DNA of 64,000 nucleotides, taken from Monocercomonoides exilis PA203 (taxonomy: Eukaryota > Protista > Preaxostyla). Position numbers and translations under genes: made by a program. The DNA lies in contig LSRY02000034.1 in assembly GCA_001643675.2 (NCBI GenBank), positions 496,001 to 560,000 of the forward strand, in the 5' to 3' direction. The notes beneath the pieces were generated by a model. It saw nothing but the letters and a program-made list of their open reading frames with translations. It was not told the DNA's origin and ran no database searches. Below, piece after piece: positions 13,462 to 27,240 of this stretch (positions are counted from its first letter, which is position 1; every line of letters begins with the position of its first letter).

Positions 13462-14174
13462 AAAGAAAAGAATGAAATTAACTTATGAGAGATGTTTGCT
13501 ATTCATTGATTCACATAGCTCTTATGCAAACCCTATAATCTGGTGAAAATTTGTGGAATTAAATGTGGATGTCATCACATTTGTTCCTCACACTCCACAT
13601 ATTTCGCAAGATCTCGATAGAGGTGCGTTTGCTGTTCATAAATCAATTTCATATTCATCAATAGAAATCCAACAAACTTCAACCGTTTCTTCCAACAGAA
13701 AGGCTTCAGCAGACAACATTCGCACCATTAGTCATTAAGAATTCATTTGATGCAAGTGGCGTTTTTGATAAATCGTCAGAACCAGTTTTTCGAAAACTGC
13801 AAAAACACTTGTCATTTTCTTAACCAGTCACACAAATCGTTATGATTTGAACGGAAAACTGCTCACAATAAAAGATTTCTTGGAAAAGTGGGAAGAAGGA
13901 ATTATTATTCGAACAAATACGAAATGTTCTGAAGCCGAAGAGAAAACAGAAAACATTGAAGAAACTCTTCCATTAAAGTCAAAGAAGAAAAGATTTTATC
14001 GAAGAATCTTGGATAATTACATCGAAAATATCAAAGAAGAAAATTCAACAAATCAAAGTTCAGGAAAAAGCAAAATAAAAAGGCTATTTGATCCAAGTCT
14101 TGTTCATTTTAGCTAATTGCGACAGTATTTTTTTTTTCACTTCAAAAATATTGTGCTGCAAAAAACTCAAACCA

Positions 14175-15145
14175 ATTTTCATTTGAACCCAGTTTTTTCT
14201 AAGACACTAATTTTTTTTTCGTATATTGCTTCAAATAGAAGCTTGTATTCAATGAGAATATTTTTTTAATCAAATAATATATTTCTATAAGGCTGTATGC
14301 CAAATATTTTTGAAAATTAATTCTTCAAAAGAAAGATCTGAATTTATTAAGTTTTATTTTTTGATCAATGTTTTGCTTGTGTTTCCACGAGTTTTTGAAA
14401 TCAAGTGTTTTCCTTGTTGGTATTGTTTTTAAACTTTTCTTTTTAACATTTTTGGTTATTTTATTACTTCAGAAACTCTTTTTTTTTAACTTGTTTTTAC
14501 ACATCACATTTTTTTCGTTAAATTGAAATATTTACAAAAAAAATAATTGATAATAAATTTTCTTGTGTTGAAATAATGTTATATAATGAATAATGTCATA
14601 TTTATAAAAATTCTTTGATAATTATTAGTGTATGAAAAATAAAACGAGAAAAACAAAATATCATCTTTTTCATTTTCTGATATTAATTCTTTTTAATTCA
14701 ATTTTTCATCACCTTTATTATTTAATAGACTAATTTGTAAATCATGCACGTATGATTAATTCAAAAAAAATAACAACAAATTTCTTCAAAATTTCAATTT
14801 TACGAAAAAAATGTGATGTGTAAAAACAAGTTAAAAAAAAAGAGTTTCTGAAGTAATAAAATAACCAAAAATGTTAAAAAGAAAAGTTTAAAAACAATAC
14901 CAACAAGGAAAACACTTGATTTCAAAAACTCGTGGAAACACAAGCAAAACATTGATCAAAAAATAAAACTTAATAAATTCAGATCTTTCTTTTGAAGAAT
15001 TAATTTTCAAAAATATTTGGCATACAGCCTTATAGAAATATATTATTTGATTAAAAAAATATTCTCATTGAATACAAGCTTCTATTTGAAGCAATATACG
15101 AAAAAAAAATTAGTGTCTTAGAAAAAACTGGGTTCAAATGAAAAT
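14175..15145. repeat. Foldback palindrome: 355-bp inverted arms with a 261-bp spacer
   Basis: 14175-14529 is the reverse complement of 14791-15145; one mismatch seen near the inner end. No TSD found. Confidence 0.9.
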
Positions 15146-15320
15146 ATGAACCTATTTTAACAGATACAAATTAAATATTTACGAAATGATCGTATAAATG
15201 TTCAAATCGATAACTTTGATAGAAAACTTACAATATCAAAAAGAAATAATCATTTATTTGACCTGATGTTTTCACTTGCAAAAAATGAAAAACTGAAACA
15301 AATGTTTAATCTCAATTTCG

Positions 15321-17891
15321 TTATTTACCATTCTTATTTTCATTCAAATCATTTTTTAGTATCTCAAAAAATTTAAATTTACCAACTTCGTCTTCAGACA
15401 AATTCGTCATAATGTGACGAGATAATGGCTTGTCACCTTTATTATTTTGTGCCTTTTTGAAAATTGAGGAATAAGGTAGTTCAACTGTTACAGGATTTAT
15501 TGGCACCGGAGTTGAATAAGAAGATGGTGAAACCTGAAAAATGTGAGCTATTCCGTAATTATTTGTGCAATTATTGGATTTTTTCCCTCCGTCTTTTGGA
15601 TATTCAAAACTTTCAGCAGAAAGAGGATATCGAGATGTTGATAAGGGAGCTTGCTGCGAGCCTGCAACCTTAAAAAAAGGATTCCTCTGTGGAAGCGAAT
15701 CAAAAACAGGATATGAGAGACAATCAGAAGAAAAGGAATCAGGAGCAGAAGGAAGAGGAGGATGAATTGAAGTGGAATGATAATCTCTAAAAATATCGTT
15801 TGATTGAAAAGAAGGAGGAGGAGAAAAAGAAGATGCTCGTTTCTCCTCAAAGGTGTGTGGCTGTGATAGAGAAGCAGCAGAGCACTGCTTTTCCATAAAT
15901 GGATAATTAGAATTAAAACGCTGAAATGCTAAAAAATTGGCAGATGGGCACTCTTCAGTCATTGGAAGAGGCGGAGGAGGTGTTGTTGGAGGAGAGATTT
16001 CAACTTCTCCAAGAGGCAAGATTGACGTAAAAGGATTGAGAAAAGAATCATTAATTTCTGTTAGAGTATTATTTTTGTAATTTTCAAATGAAGAAGAATT
16101 CAATGAAGCAGAATGAGAAGGCAGTAAAGATGTTGGAGATAAATGATTGGAAATTTGATCAGGTAGCGAAAAGGACATTGTTGGCAAAGGGCTTCCTTCA
16201 GCGCTTTCTGGTGCCTGTATCTTTAACTCTCTTTGAAAATCTGCTTCTTTGCCACAATGTTCAGACATGTTTTCATTTTTCTTATCGAGCGTTGATGTTC
16301 CAAACAGTATTTTATCATTGTAATGAATTATCATTTCTCCTCCAATCAAATCTGTTGCATCTTTTACATCAAGATGATTGCAGCAAGCTTCTAATTCTTC
16401 TTCGCCCAATTTGCCACTAAAACTCATTTTTTGCTTTTCTTTTAATTTATTTTTCATAATCTTAATTTTAAATTTTTCATAAGCTTTTTTCTTTGCCTTT
16501 TTCCACATTTCTTCTTCCTCCTCATCTTTCATCCAACTTTTCTCAACCCACACTCCATCGCTCAACAGGAATTGCTGCGCTTCTTTCAGCTCCTGCTTCA
16601 CAATGTGCTTCCATAATTTCTGTGTAATTTTTGCTTTCGCTTCATTTTCGCTTTGCTCGCTTATAGGTTGGCATTCACTATCTGAACAATGGATGCCATC
16701 ATTTGCTTTTTTCTCATCTGACATTTCCTCCACATTTTCCTCGTATTTCTTCCACCTCTGAATCATTTGATCCTTTCTAGACTCCAACGTTTCGTGGTTT
16801 TTCAGCTCTGATGGAAGCTCCCAGAGTTCAAGGCTCCTTTCCATCATTTTCTCTTCTGACGAAACAGAATCACAATCCGAATCACCTTCCAAAGAGAAGC
16901 GCTCTTGCTCTTCTGCACCACAGTTTTCTGTCTGCGCTTTGACTGCTAATCTCGACGATTTAGTGAATTGAGTCGATTCCTCATTTTTTGTTATTTTTCT
17001 CTGTGCATTGAAATGTTTAACTTTGTTACAAATCTGAGATTTTTTTGAAGGATGAGCCGAATTAATCCATTTGTTCATATCCCTTTCTTGAATGGGCTTG
17101 CTAATCATTTCCTTTAAAGCGACTAACATTTCTGAAAATTGAATGGATCCAAACACTTCTTCTTGTAATGAGATAATATCCTCAGGAACTATTTCCGTTT
17201 CTTTTTCAGTCATTTTGGAAGATAACGGACAGCCTTTTCCCGCAATAGAACCTGATTTTTCTGGAAAATTCAAATAATCAATCTTTGAAATACTGTTATT
17301 CAAATTTGAAAATTTTGCATTATCCCCATTAGATTCAAAAATCCCATCATCTGAAAGAATTGATTGTGATTCTATGGGATAATGGAATTGCTTTTCGCTT
17401 TTAATTTTCTCGGTGATAGATCGCTCAGATGAAGGGCACATCACGTCCATAGAATATGCTGAAGATTTTCCTAGAGGGGATGAATGCTCCTTTTCGTTTG
17501 TTGAAGAATTGCAAATTATTTGTAAATTTCTGCACTCAGAATCTAATAATCCAATGTCATCGCGCAAAAATGTATTTTTAAAAGAACCACCAACATTTTT
17601 GCTCTCAGGAAATCGAACATTTTTGAAAATCATGTTTGATTTTACTTTGAACACTTCGTCATATGAATAACCTTTCGATGAATTCGCAAATTCGAATCGT
17701 TCCGAAGAAATAATTGATTCCGAAGGATCACTGCAAAAAAATAAATTGCTTGAATAACTGCTTGATTGCGATAGAAAACTTTCACTCGATGAAAGCTTTT
17801 AACGAAAAAATATTTATTCATTAACGAAAATGACAATAAAAATGCAAAAAAATGTATTTGCAAAAAATATGAATAATTAATGCCATACCAT
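15321..17891 (-). CDS. Hypothetical protein (~825 aa; Ser/Glu-rich, central coiled coil, Pro-rich C-terminus)
   Basis: The 777-aa ORF stays open upstream to 17795, where there is an AG acceptor. The proposed first coding exon is ATG alone (17891-17889), followed by a GTATGG donor and a 93-nt intron. Stop TAA. Confidence 0.75.
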
Positions 17892-18389
17892 TTGAGTTTT
17901 TTATAATTATTTGAAACTATACAGAACTTTTATTGAAAATAAAAAGAAAAGAATTACATGAAAAATTATTAAGGGAAGCCAAACAGTCAATTACAAAAGA
18001 AAATTTAAGACAATAAAGACCAAAATAAACTATTAGAAAATTAAATCATGAAGCGTATAAAAACTGTTTGTGTTCAAATAATTTTACTATTTTAGAAGAT
18101 ATATTAGAAATTATATAAGTCAAATACAATTTACAAAAAGAGTTGATTAAAAATAGATATCTAATTATCATCTCATACTAAATTAAAAAGAATATATTTT
18201 TTGAAAAAAATTAATTTATCAATGAATAAACGAACAACTTCGCAAACATAATTAAAATTTGCTTGAATACATCGAAGTTGTTTTGAAAATCATGATAGAG
18301 AAACATTAACATAAATAATATACAAGAGACACACAAAACTATTGAAAAAAAAAATTAAAATAAAATAAAAAATAAAAATAAAAAATTAT

Positions 18390-20367
18390 CTAATTATCCT
18401 TCTTCTTCTTCTTCTTCTTTTTCTTTTTCTTTACAGTATGCACTTTTTCTTGCTCATTTCCCGAAGCAACCCCGCCTGCGTAGTTTTCTTCACCCTCCTT
18501 CGAAAACGAAGGAGCGCTGTATTGCTCAGCACCATCCAGTGAAGTGAGTGATGACATGAACGGAGAATTGTCTGATGATTGCCCTGCTGTCATATAACCT
18601 CCGTTTCCTCCTCCTCTTCCACCTCTTCCTCCTCCTTCTCCTTCTCCTCCTCCTCCTCCCAAACTCATCTCGTCTTCCTCCGCCCTCAGCCCCCCCATCT
18701 CCACCATCCCAACCACCCTCTCCCTTCCCGTCACTGCCTGCACCATGTCTGCCCCATATAGCCCATCCGACGCCAATAGCGACGTGAGTGGATTGCCTAC
18801 CACCATATCAACCGCACTGCGCCCCCACAACTCTCCCTTCCGCCCTTCTTCCTCGGCTGCCAGGCACATCGCAATGTAGTCCCGTGTCTGTGTCGGGTCC
18901 AGGCGAGAGCTTTGCCGAGGGACAGCCCACTGAGAGAGAGAGCGGGTGTGGGGGTCGTAGTTGATCGAGCTGTCGAGTGAGAAGTTGCCGTCTGGACGCA
19001 TCTTCAGCGAGCTGGCTGAGGAGTCTTTGGAGTTTACATTGGAAATGCTGTTATTGTTATTAGCAGCAGAAAAGTTATTACTGCTGCTGCTTTTGTCGCT
19101 TCCCTTTGGAGTTTGTTTGGATGGGCGAGAGCGACGGCGCATGAGAAGAGCAAATGCACCGAGCATCAGGGCGGGGGGGATCACATCGAAGAAAGTGTAG
19201 AAGATGAAGTAGTGCAGGTAATACTGCCAGCTGTTAAAGAGAATTTGAAAAAAAGAAAATAGAAAAGAAAAGTGAAGAAAATAAATGTATTTATATTGAA
19301 ATTTCACGTTTGTTCACAGATAAATTGGAATTATGATACAGATAAATCATTGAATGCATTCAAAAATATTGTAAGAAAGACAAATATCGCATAATATAAA
19401 AATATCGGTTTTAATGATCATATCATAAGCATTATAAATCGTTTCAGAAGTTGTTATAACACTTTTCCTATTCAATCAACTTTCAAATATTTATTCTTGT
19501 TAACAATTCACTTTTTCTTAACAAACCAAAAACCATCATCAGAAAGACATTTGTCGTATGTAGTTTTCCATCTTTCCTTTATCACATTGACATTTGCCAA
19601 ATCAGTAATGTTCCATATGCACCGCAGGAAGTAAAAGCAGAAGATGACAAACGAAACAATTAGTAGAATTCTTGTTCTCCACTTAAAACTTTGAGAAAGA
19701 CGACGCTTTCGAATAGAAAGGAGAAGAATCAGGCAATAAACTCCAACCATCAAATCAATCATAGCAAATGCAAATAGGTTGGTTATAGAAGTTGTTGTCA
19801 CTCTTTTTGCAACGTTACCCGTTTCAAACTAAGAATATATTAAATTATTTTTGGAAAAAATTTTTTAATCAAAAAATAAAATAAGTAAAAAAACAACAAA
19901 AGGCAGACTTTTGCAAATGCACTCATAACAATTAGAAGGACAATTAGTATCAAATCAATTGCAGCAAATGAGATTGGTATGTAATATTTCATTTTTGACG
20001 AAGGATTTGTAGAGAAAACTGAAGACGGACCCAACCATAAAACCATAAACTGCCATGCTATCATTATCCAACAACGGGGAAGCTGATAACAAACGAGAGA
20101 GTAGGCGAACATCGAATAAGGTAAAGGAGCAACCAAAACAAATGACTTGAAGAAAAAAAAAATCCCCATGAAAATCAAAAACAAAAGTTTCATTTTATGA
20201 ATTTTTTTGCGCTTTAAAGTAAATTCTTGGAAAAGTTCCACAACGGTATAAAGAAGGCATGATACAAAGAAAGAAGCAAGAATAAATAACGGATAGCCCT
20301 CAGGTCCATATACAACTGGGCAATTATAAGATAAAAATGCTTGCGTCGCACTGGTATCTGACGCCAT
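18390..20367 (-). CDS. THH1/TOM1/GPR137-type seven-transmembrane protein, 3 exons
   Basis: About seven hydrophobic helices across ORFs 19840-20367, 19508-19801 and 18390-19307. Motifs YQLPRC, FYFLRCIW and FFDVIP. Splices AK|FETG and GF-C-WQYY use GT..AG introns. Long low-complexity cytoplasmic tail. Confidence 0.7.
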
Positions 20368-20663
20368 GGGCGTTAGGACACAATCCTTTTGTAGTTTATG
20401 TTTAAAGCAACTTATAAAAAGTTAGAGATCAAATTTTACCACAACAAAATGAAATGAGAAAAATATTCAAAAAAGAACATGCTATTATATCTTATTCAGA
20501 ATTCGTAAGCTCTAATTAATTGTATTTCATTTATTGCATAAGATAGAAAAATTAATAACCATATATTGTATTTATTAAAAGACGCAGTCTTTTTTTCTAG
20601 TTTTTGGCGAAATATTCCATTTAATTACACTCAGTTAAGTTACTCAAAATACAGTGCAACAAC

Positions 20664-23072
20664 ATGAGTGGTAAAAAACAAAGTCAGATCCAACAACAGA
20701 ACATGGAAAGCGATTCGCTTAACTTTCCGTTTGAAACATACCATTCTTTTTTACAACCGACACCTGCATCAAGAAGCATTATGCTACCCGAAGACCCAAT
20801 TGAATATTTTTCATATTATGATTTTTGCGACGAGATTGCTTGGAGAACTGCAAATTGTCGCACAGTTCCTGAACTTGAAAATTATACATTGCCTTCACAA
20901 TATTACCAAGAGATCGGAAGATCTTTTCCTTGGGCATTATCTCATGCAACAAAATATTTATCTGCTACATCGCATTTTGAAGCGTTATCGCTTGAAATTT
21001 ATGATTTTTGCAGATTTATGTCTCCCACATTTACTGAATATCTTTTTAGAAGGCATATAGTTGATAGAATTGCTCACTTTGTTTCAATACATTGGCCAAA
21101 GGCTAAGCTTAGAGTTTACGGAAGCATGTCAACTGGACTATATTTGCCTCAAGCTGATTTGGATCTAACAATTTTAGGAATTCCAAATGGACTTCCTGAC
21201 TTCCGAGTAATTTTCAGAGATGACAATAATCCAGATCCCCCGTCTGATTTTCTTCAGCGTCACATTGAAGATTCAGAACCTTCACCGTGCGATAAATCTA
21301 ACATTTTTGATTCTTCAAGCAATATAAGCAACATTTATTCAGACCCACATTTTCCATCAAAAGCTTCTTTTTCTTTCAAATTCGACAAAAATAAAAAAGA
21401 ACCTGCGTTCCGTTCCACTCGCACTATGTCAGTTTCGTCTCTGCTTTCATTATCTGGCTCTCTCTCTTCTTCATCCACATCCACTCCATCTCCATCTCCC
21501 TCTCCATCGTCCTCTAAAGGCGGCAGTGGCGGCAGCTCTTCGTCATCGCCTTCAGGGGTGCAGTCCTTATTCAGCATGAACCGCTCCACGCAGACAAAGT
21601 ACCTGTGTATGCTTCAACAGGATCTATCCACACACCCAGGCATCACTGAGACACTGTTTTTGCCACAAGCCAAAATTCCGCTTTTGAAAAGTCTGGATCA
21701 CTTGTCTCAATTGAACACAGATGTGTCGTTGAATTCTGTCGACGGCTTGCTGAACTCGTTTTTAATGCGCCGTTGGATTCGGATGGGCATCGAGCAGGAG
21801 AAAGAGCGGTCGAGGAGAAGGCAGATGGGAGGGTGGCATTTTGGGTCATTAAGCCATGAGCATAAGGGAAATAACGATTTCTGTGGGTTAAATGAACAAG
21901 GAGGGTGGTGTGATAACAGTGGTGGGAGTGATTTTTGTGATGGTAGTGGAGGAGAAGGTGATAACAAGCAGAATACGGTTCATTTTGCTGGATCTTCTTC
22001 TTCCTCTTCCTCTTCCTCCTCCTCCTCCTCCTCCTCCTCTTCTTCTTCTTCTTCTTCTTCTTCTTCTTCTAATTCAAATTCATCTGGCCATTCAATCAAA
22101 TCCACACTATCCACATCGGCTCCTGCATTTCATCCTTCATCATCATCATCATCATTTTCTTCTTCCTCCTCTTCTTCTTCCTCTTTTTCTTCTGCTCACT
22201 CATTCTCCCGCTCTTCCTCGCCTCCCCCCTTTTCCCCAGACCCGCTGCGCCGCACCAACTCCAACAGTCTTCTTCTGTACCTCCGCCCCCTCCTCATTGT
22301 TCTGAAGGCATATCTGATAGACAAGCTGATTGCAGAGTCATTTACAGGCGGAATTAACAGCTATCTTTTATTTCTGCTTGTTTTGTCGCATTTGCAGATG
22401 TTTTCGGTGAATTATCCAATGCTTTTGGCTTCGGATGAAGGATCAACTGGGTGTGATGATGAGGAATTTTGTGAGGGAAGAAATCAAAGAGGGGAAGGAA
22501 GAGGAAGAGGAAGAGGAAGAGGATGTGGTGATAACGAAAGCGGAAGTTTTAGCTCTGGATGTGGATACAGTTCAACTTCAGGGCTTGGATCATATGAAAA
22601 GCCAAACAAAGGAGAAAATTCATTTGCTCATTCATCTAATTCGAGTTATGCTTCAAGTGGAGAAAGAAGAGGAGAAATTGATTCTTCTTCTTCTTCTTCT
22701 TCTTCTCTTCCTCCAGATTATGACCATCTTCCTTCAATTGGTGTCGTATTTGTGCACTTCTTCCATTTGTATTCTCAAATGTTTGATAACACGACACAGG
22801 GCATTTCAGTGAGGAATGGAGGGTTTTATTTCGATCAGAGGACATGGAGAGGAGGGATGTTTGATCCGAACAATGAAATGAATGTGCTGAACCATTCGCA
22901 TACAAGGTGTGTGTGTGTGTGTGTGAGGGAGGGAGGGAGAGAGAGAGAGAAAGAGAAAGAGAGAGAAAGAGAGAGAGAAAGAGAAAGAGAAAGAGAAAGA
23001 GAGAAAGAGAAAGAGAGAAAAAGAGAGAAATTATAGAGGAGATATTTAATGAAATATTTCAATATATTTGTT

Positions 23073-23135
<63 letters not shown>

Positions 23136-24864
23136 TTTTCTATTTATTTTGTTTTATTTTATATTATTTTTTCATTATTATTATGATTATTGTTATTATT
23201 ATTCTTTCTTCTATCTTCTATCTTCTTTCTTCTTTCTTCTATCTTCTTTCTTCTTTCTTCTATCTTCTTTCTTCTTTCTTCTTCCCCTCCCCCTCCTTTT
23301 TTTTTTCCCCTTTTCTCTTTCCCAGACACTCCCACGGGCACTACGTCTCCCCCGACAACATCCTCTGTGTCGAAGACCCACAGAGAATCGACATCAACAT
23401 TGGCTCAACATGTTTCTTGTTTGGAAAAGCTAAGCATATTTTTGGAAATACGTTTTTGTTGCTGACAGCCCCGTTCCAGCTGCATATTCAAGTGCAGCAG
23501 AACATTATGATGAAGAGGAGGGAAAGAGAGATGATGAGGGAGAAAGAGAAGGAGAAAGAAAGGGAGAAAGAAAGGGAGAAAGAAAGGGAGAAAGAAAGGG
23601 AGAAAGAAAGGGAGAAAGAAAAAGAAAAAGAAAAAGAAAAGGATAAATTCCAATATGAACATTCAATTGAAAATCCAAATGAAAATTGCAACAAAACGAA
23701 TGAGGAAAAAACGAGTTCGAAAGAACCTTCTTCGTCAAAACAGTTTCATACACCAACTTTTGCTGCTCCAACTGCCACTTCTGCTTCTTCTCCTTTCTTT
23801 TTCTCTTCCTCTTCCTCTTCTTCTTCCTCTCTGTCCCTCTCCCCCATACCTTCACAAACCCCTCCTCCTCTTCCTCATGATCCTTGTTCTTCTCCTTCCG
23901 CCCCTTCCACCCCAATCGCTTCCCATACCCCTTCCCTTCGCACTTCTCCTGCTCTTTCTTCTTCTGCCCTCAGAACAAGAACAAAAAGAAAACCTCCGCT
24001 TCCAGACAAACCTTCTTCGTATTCTTCCTCTTCTTCCTCTTCTTCCTCCTCCTCCTCTTCTTCTTCCTCTTCCTCTTCCTCTTCTTCTTCCCCTTTTATC
24101 TCCACTCCTTCCTTTATCCCATCTCCTTCTCTGTCTCCTGGTCTCTTAACTCTTATTCCTTCCCCTTCCACCACCCCGATTCCTCTTCCTTCTCCTTCCT
24201 CCTCTCCCCCACTTCCTACTTCTTCTTCTCTTTCTTCCTCTCTCACCCCTCTGCCCCTTCCCCTCAACACCCCTTCTCCTGCTCTTTCCCCTTCCTGGAG
24301 GATCCAGGGCCTTCACATGATCCCCTCCGCGCAGTCAATTCTCCATCGGCCCACCATCCTTGGCCGTATTGTGTCTGTTTCCCCTTCTTTCACTCGATGG
24401 AGAGGGGAGCTGAATGAGAGCGTATGGGAGGAAATAGCAGCGGAGTGGGGGTTTTTGAGGGCGCGGTGCTTGGCGTGGGTGGAAGGGGTGAAGAACGTGC
24501 AGGTGCTGATGCGGATGATGATGATGATGGAAGGAGAGGGAGGGGGAGAGGGAGGAGGAGGAGGAGGGGGAGAAGGAGAAGGAGAAGAAGAAGAAGGAAA
24601 AATTGTTGGAGAAGGAGAAGGAGAAGGAGAAGGAGAAAGAAGAGAAGAGGGAAATGTTAATTGCGAAGGAATTAATGGAAAGAAAGAAGGAGAAGAAGAG
24701 AAAGGAAAAGTTTTGGAAAATCCTTGTTTAACTTCGGTTTCTGTTTCATCTTCTGAATTGAAAAAAGACACTGAAAATGTTTCTTCTTCTTCTGTTGAAG
24801 TGAAAACTGAATATAAAGAAGAAGAAAAAGAGGGAAAGGAAAAGGAAAAGGAAAAGGAAAAAGA

Positions 24865-24899
<35 letters not shown>

Positions 24900-25237
24900 A
24901 AGACGAGAAAGACGAGAAAGACGAAAAAGACGAAAACAAAGAAGAAAACGTTAAACCTCTGCCTTTGGAGATAAATGGATGTGAAAATGATGATGGTAAT
25001 GATAACAAAGTTAAGGAATTGATTAATGTTTCTTCTCCTTCTTCATCTTCTTCATCTTCTTCTTCTTCTTCTCCTTCTTCTTCTTCTTCTTCTTCTTCCC
25101 TTTCTCCTTCTTCTTCTTCTCTTTCTCCTTCTTCTTCTCCTCCTCTTTCTTCTTCTTCTTCTTCTTCTTCTTCTTCTTCTTCTTCTTCTCTCTCAACCTC
25201 TGCTACAAGTGCATTTAGCGTGAAATTCACTTCTGTT

Positions 25238-25278
<41 letters not shown>

Positions 25279-25322
25279 TTCTTCCTCATTAAATTCTTCT
25301 CCTTCTTCTTCTCCTTCTTCTG

Positions 25323-25358
<36 letters not shown>

Positions 25359-26250
25359 TATACCCCTCTATACTTTCTAGTTCTCTGTCTAGTAATTTAT
25401 CTCCTTCTTCTTCTTCTTCTTCTTTCGTTCCTATTTCATCATCATCATCATCATCTTCTTCTTCTTCTTCTTCTTCTTCTCTTCCTCTTTCTTCTTCTTC
25501 CTCCTCCTCTTCTTCTTCTTCCTTTTCTCCTTCTCCTCCTCCTTCTCCTCCTTCTCTTTCCTTTCCTTCTTCCTCTTCCTCTTCCTTTTTTCCTTCTTCT
25601 TCTTCTTCTTCTTCTTCTTCTCTTTCTGAAACAACCCTTCCTGCTTTGTCTTCTTACCTCCGCTATTTCGAAGAGCTCATAGAAAAACACCCTTTTCAGT
25701 GGGAAAAGGACAACTGCGATATTCTTCTTGCTCATTTCTTCAATCAGACATGCTGTTCGAGTTATTTGGGCGATGGAGGAGGAGGGGGAGGGGGAGGAGG
25801 GGGAGGAGGAGGAGGGGGAAATAATAAAGATAAAGATAAAGACAATAATGTTTCTTCCTCTTCTTCTTCTTCTTCTTCTTCGAAAAATAATCAAAAACAA
25901 AAAATTTCTTCTTCTTCTTCTTCCCTTTCTCCTTCTTCTTCTTCACCATCTTCCTCTTTATCATCATCATCTTCTTCTCTTTCTTCCTCTTCTTCTTCCT
26001 TCTCCTCCTCTTCTTCTTCCAACAACAACCTTTCCGACACCCAATCGCTTCTCACCACTTCTTCTTCTGTTTCCTTCGATTCCATTGTCCCTCCTCGTTC
26101 TCATTCCCCCCTCTCCACTTATCGCTATTGCATCTTTAGACAAAGAATTACCCCAAAGCCGTTTTTCTATGAGCAAATGGAAGGAGAGGGAGAAAGAGGA
26201 AGAGGAGGAGGAGGAGGAGGAAGAGGGGGAGGAAGCAATGTGAATATTAA

Positions 26251-26283
<33 letters not shown>

Positions 26284-26493
26284 TTCAAAATATAAATTTG
26301 GAGCAAGAAATAACTTGAATTCGGCTTATTCTTTTTCTTTTCCTTCTTCTTCTTCTTCTTCCTCTGCTTCATCATCATCATCTTCTTCTTCTTCTTCTTC
26401 ATACAACCCATTTGCTTCCTCCAACCCTTACGAAGCACTTTCCATGCCTTTATCGCTTTCCCCTCTTCCTTCTTCTTCTTCCTCCTGTTCTCT

Positions 26494-26526
<33 letters not shown>

Positions 26527-27072
26527 TTCTTCTCCAATCGATTCGTTAGAATCGCCTTTTGTCACCTTCACAGCCGAAATGATCGCTTCCCATCCGATTT
26601 TCTCTCTTCTTTTGGCTTCTCTCATAGAAACTGCATACAAATTCAGCAACATCCATTTTGTTCCTCCTCTTGTATCGTCTTTCTCGTCGTTGCATGAGAC
26701 GTTTCCGGAGTTTGTGGGGGGTTTTAATAATAACAATTGGAATAATAATAATAATAATGCTGTTTCTTCTTCTTCTTCTTCTACTTCTTCTTCTTCTTCT
26801 TCCTCTTCCTTCTCTTCTTCTTCTCTTTCTTCTTCTTCAAATATATCTTCTTTGAAGGAAACGATGAAGAAGAAAAAGAGCAATAATAATAATAACAGCA
26901 ATAATAATGAAAAGGATAAAGAAAAAGAGAAAGAAAAAGAGAAAGAAAAAATAAAACCAAAACAAACACCGAAAAAAAGCTGTTTTTCGCTCAATCCAAC
27001 TTCCCCCCCTTTCAAACCTCGTTTCAACAGACCTCCTCTTCAGTCAATTATTGTTCCGAATGTTGTGGTTAA

Positions 27073-27104
<32 letters not shown>

Positions 27105-27187
27105 CTTCTTCTTCTTCTTCTTCTCTTCCTCCTTCTTTTATTTCTTCTTCTCTGACTGCTTCTTTCCCTTCGAATTCTTCTTCTTCC

Positions 27188-27240
<53 letters not shown>

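Larger units (their letters stand above)
9940..14116 (+). pseudogene. pogo/Fot1-like DDE_1 transposase pseudogene (copy A), split by a 2.8-kb insertion
   Basis: Motifs LIFDVDET, TLVAAVVSDG, NGW, LLFIDSHSS and FVPHTPHISQDLDRGAF. Intron 10072-10115. Stops at 10434 and near 13544. Removing the insertion plus one TSD copy restores the frame (ILERKKRMKLTYERCLLFIDSH). Confidence 0.9.

Noticed and set aside
14201-14212. AAGACACTAA as the right TIR of pogo copy A, matching TTAGTGTCTT at 9317
   Set aside because: Only a 10-bp match, no CC|TA end, and it lies inside the palindrome arm; insufficient to call.
22907-23325. The 3,235-aa ORF as a separate gene with a hydrophobic N-terminus
   Set aside because: Its first ~140 codons are microsatellite intron; the rest splices in frame to the TRF4-like exon.
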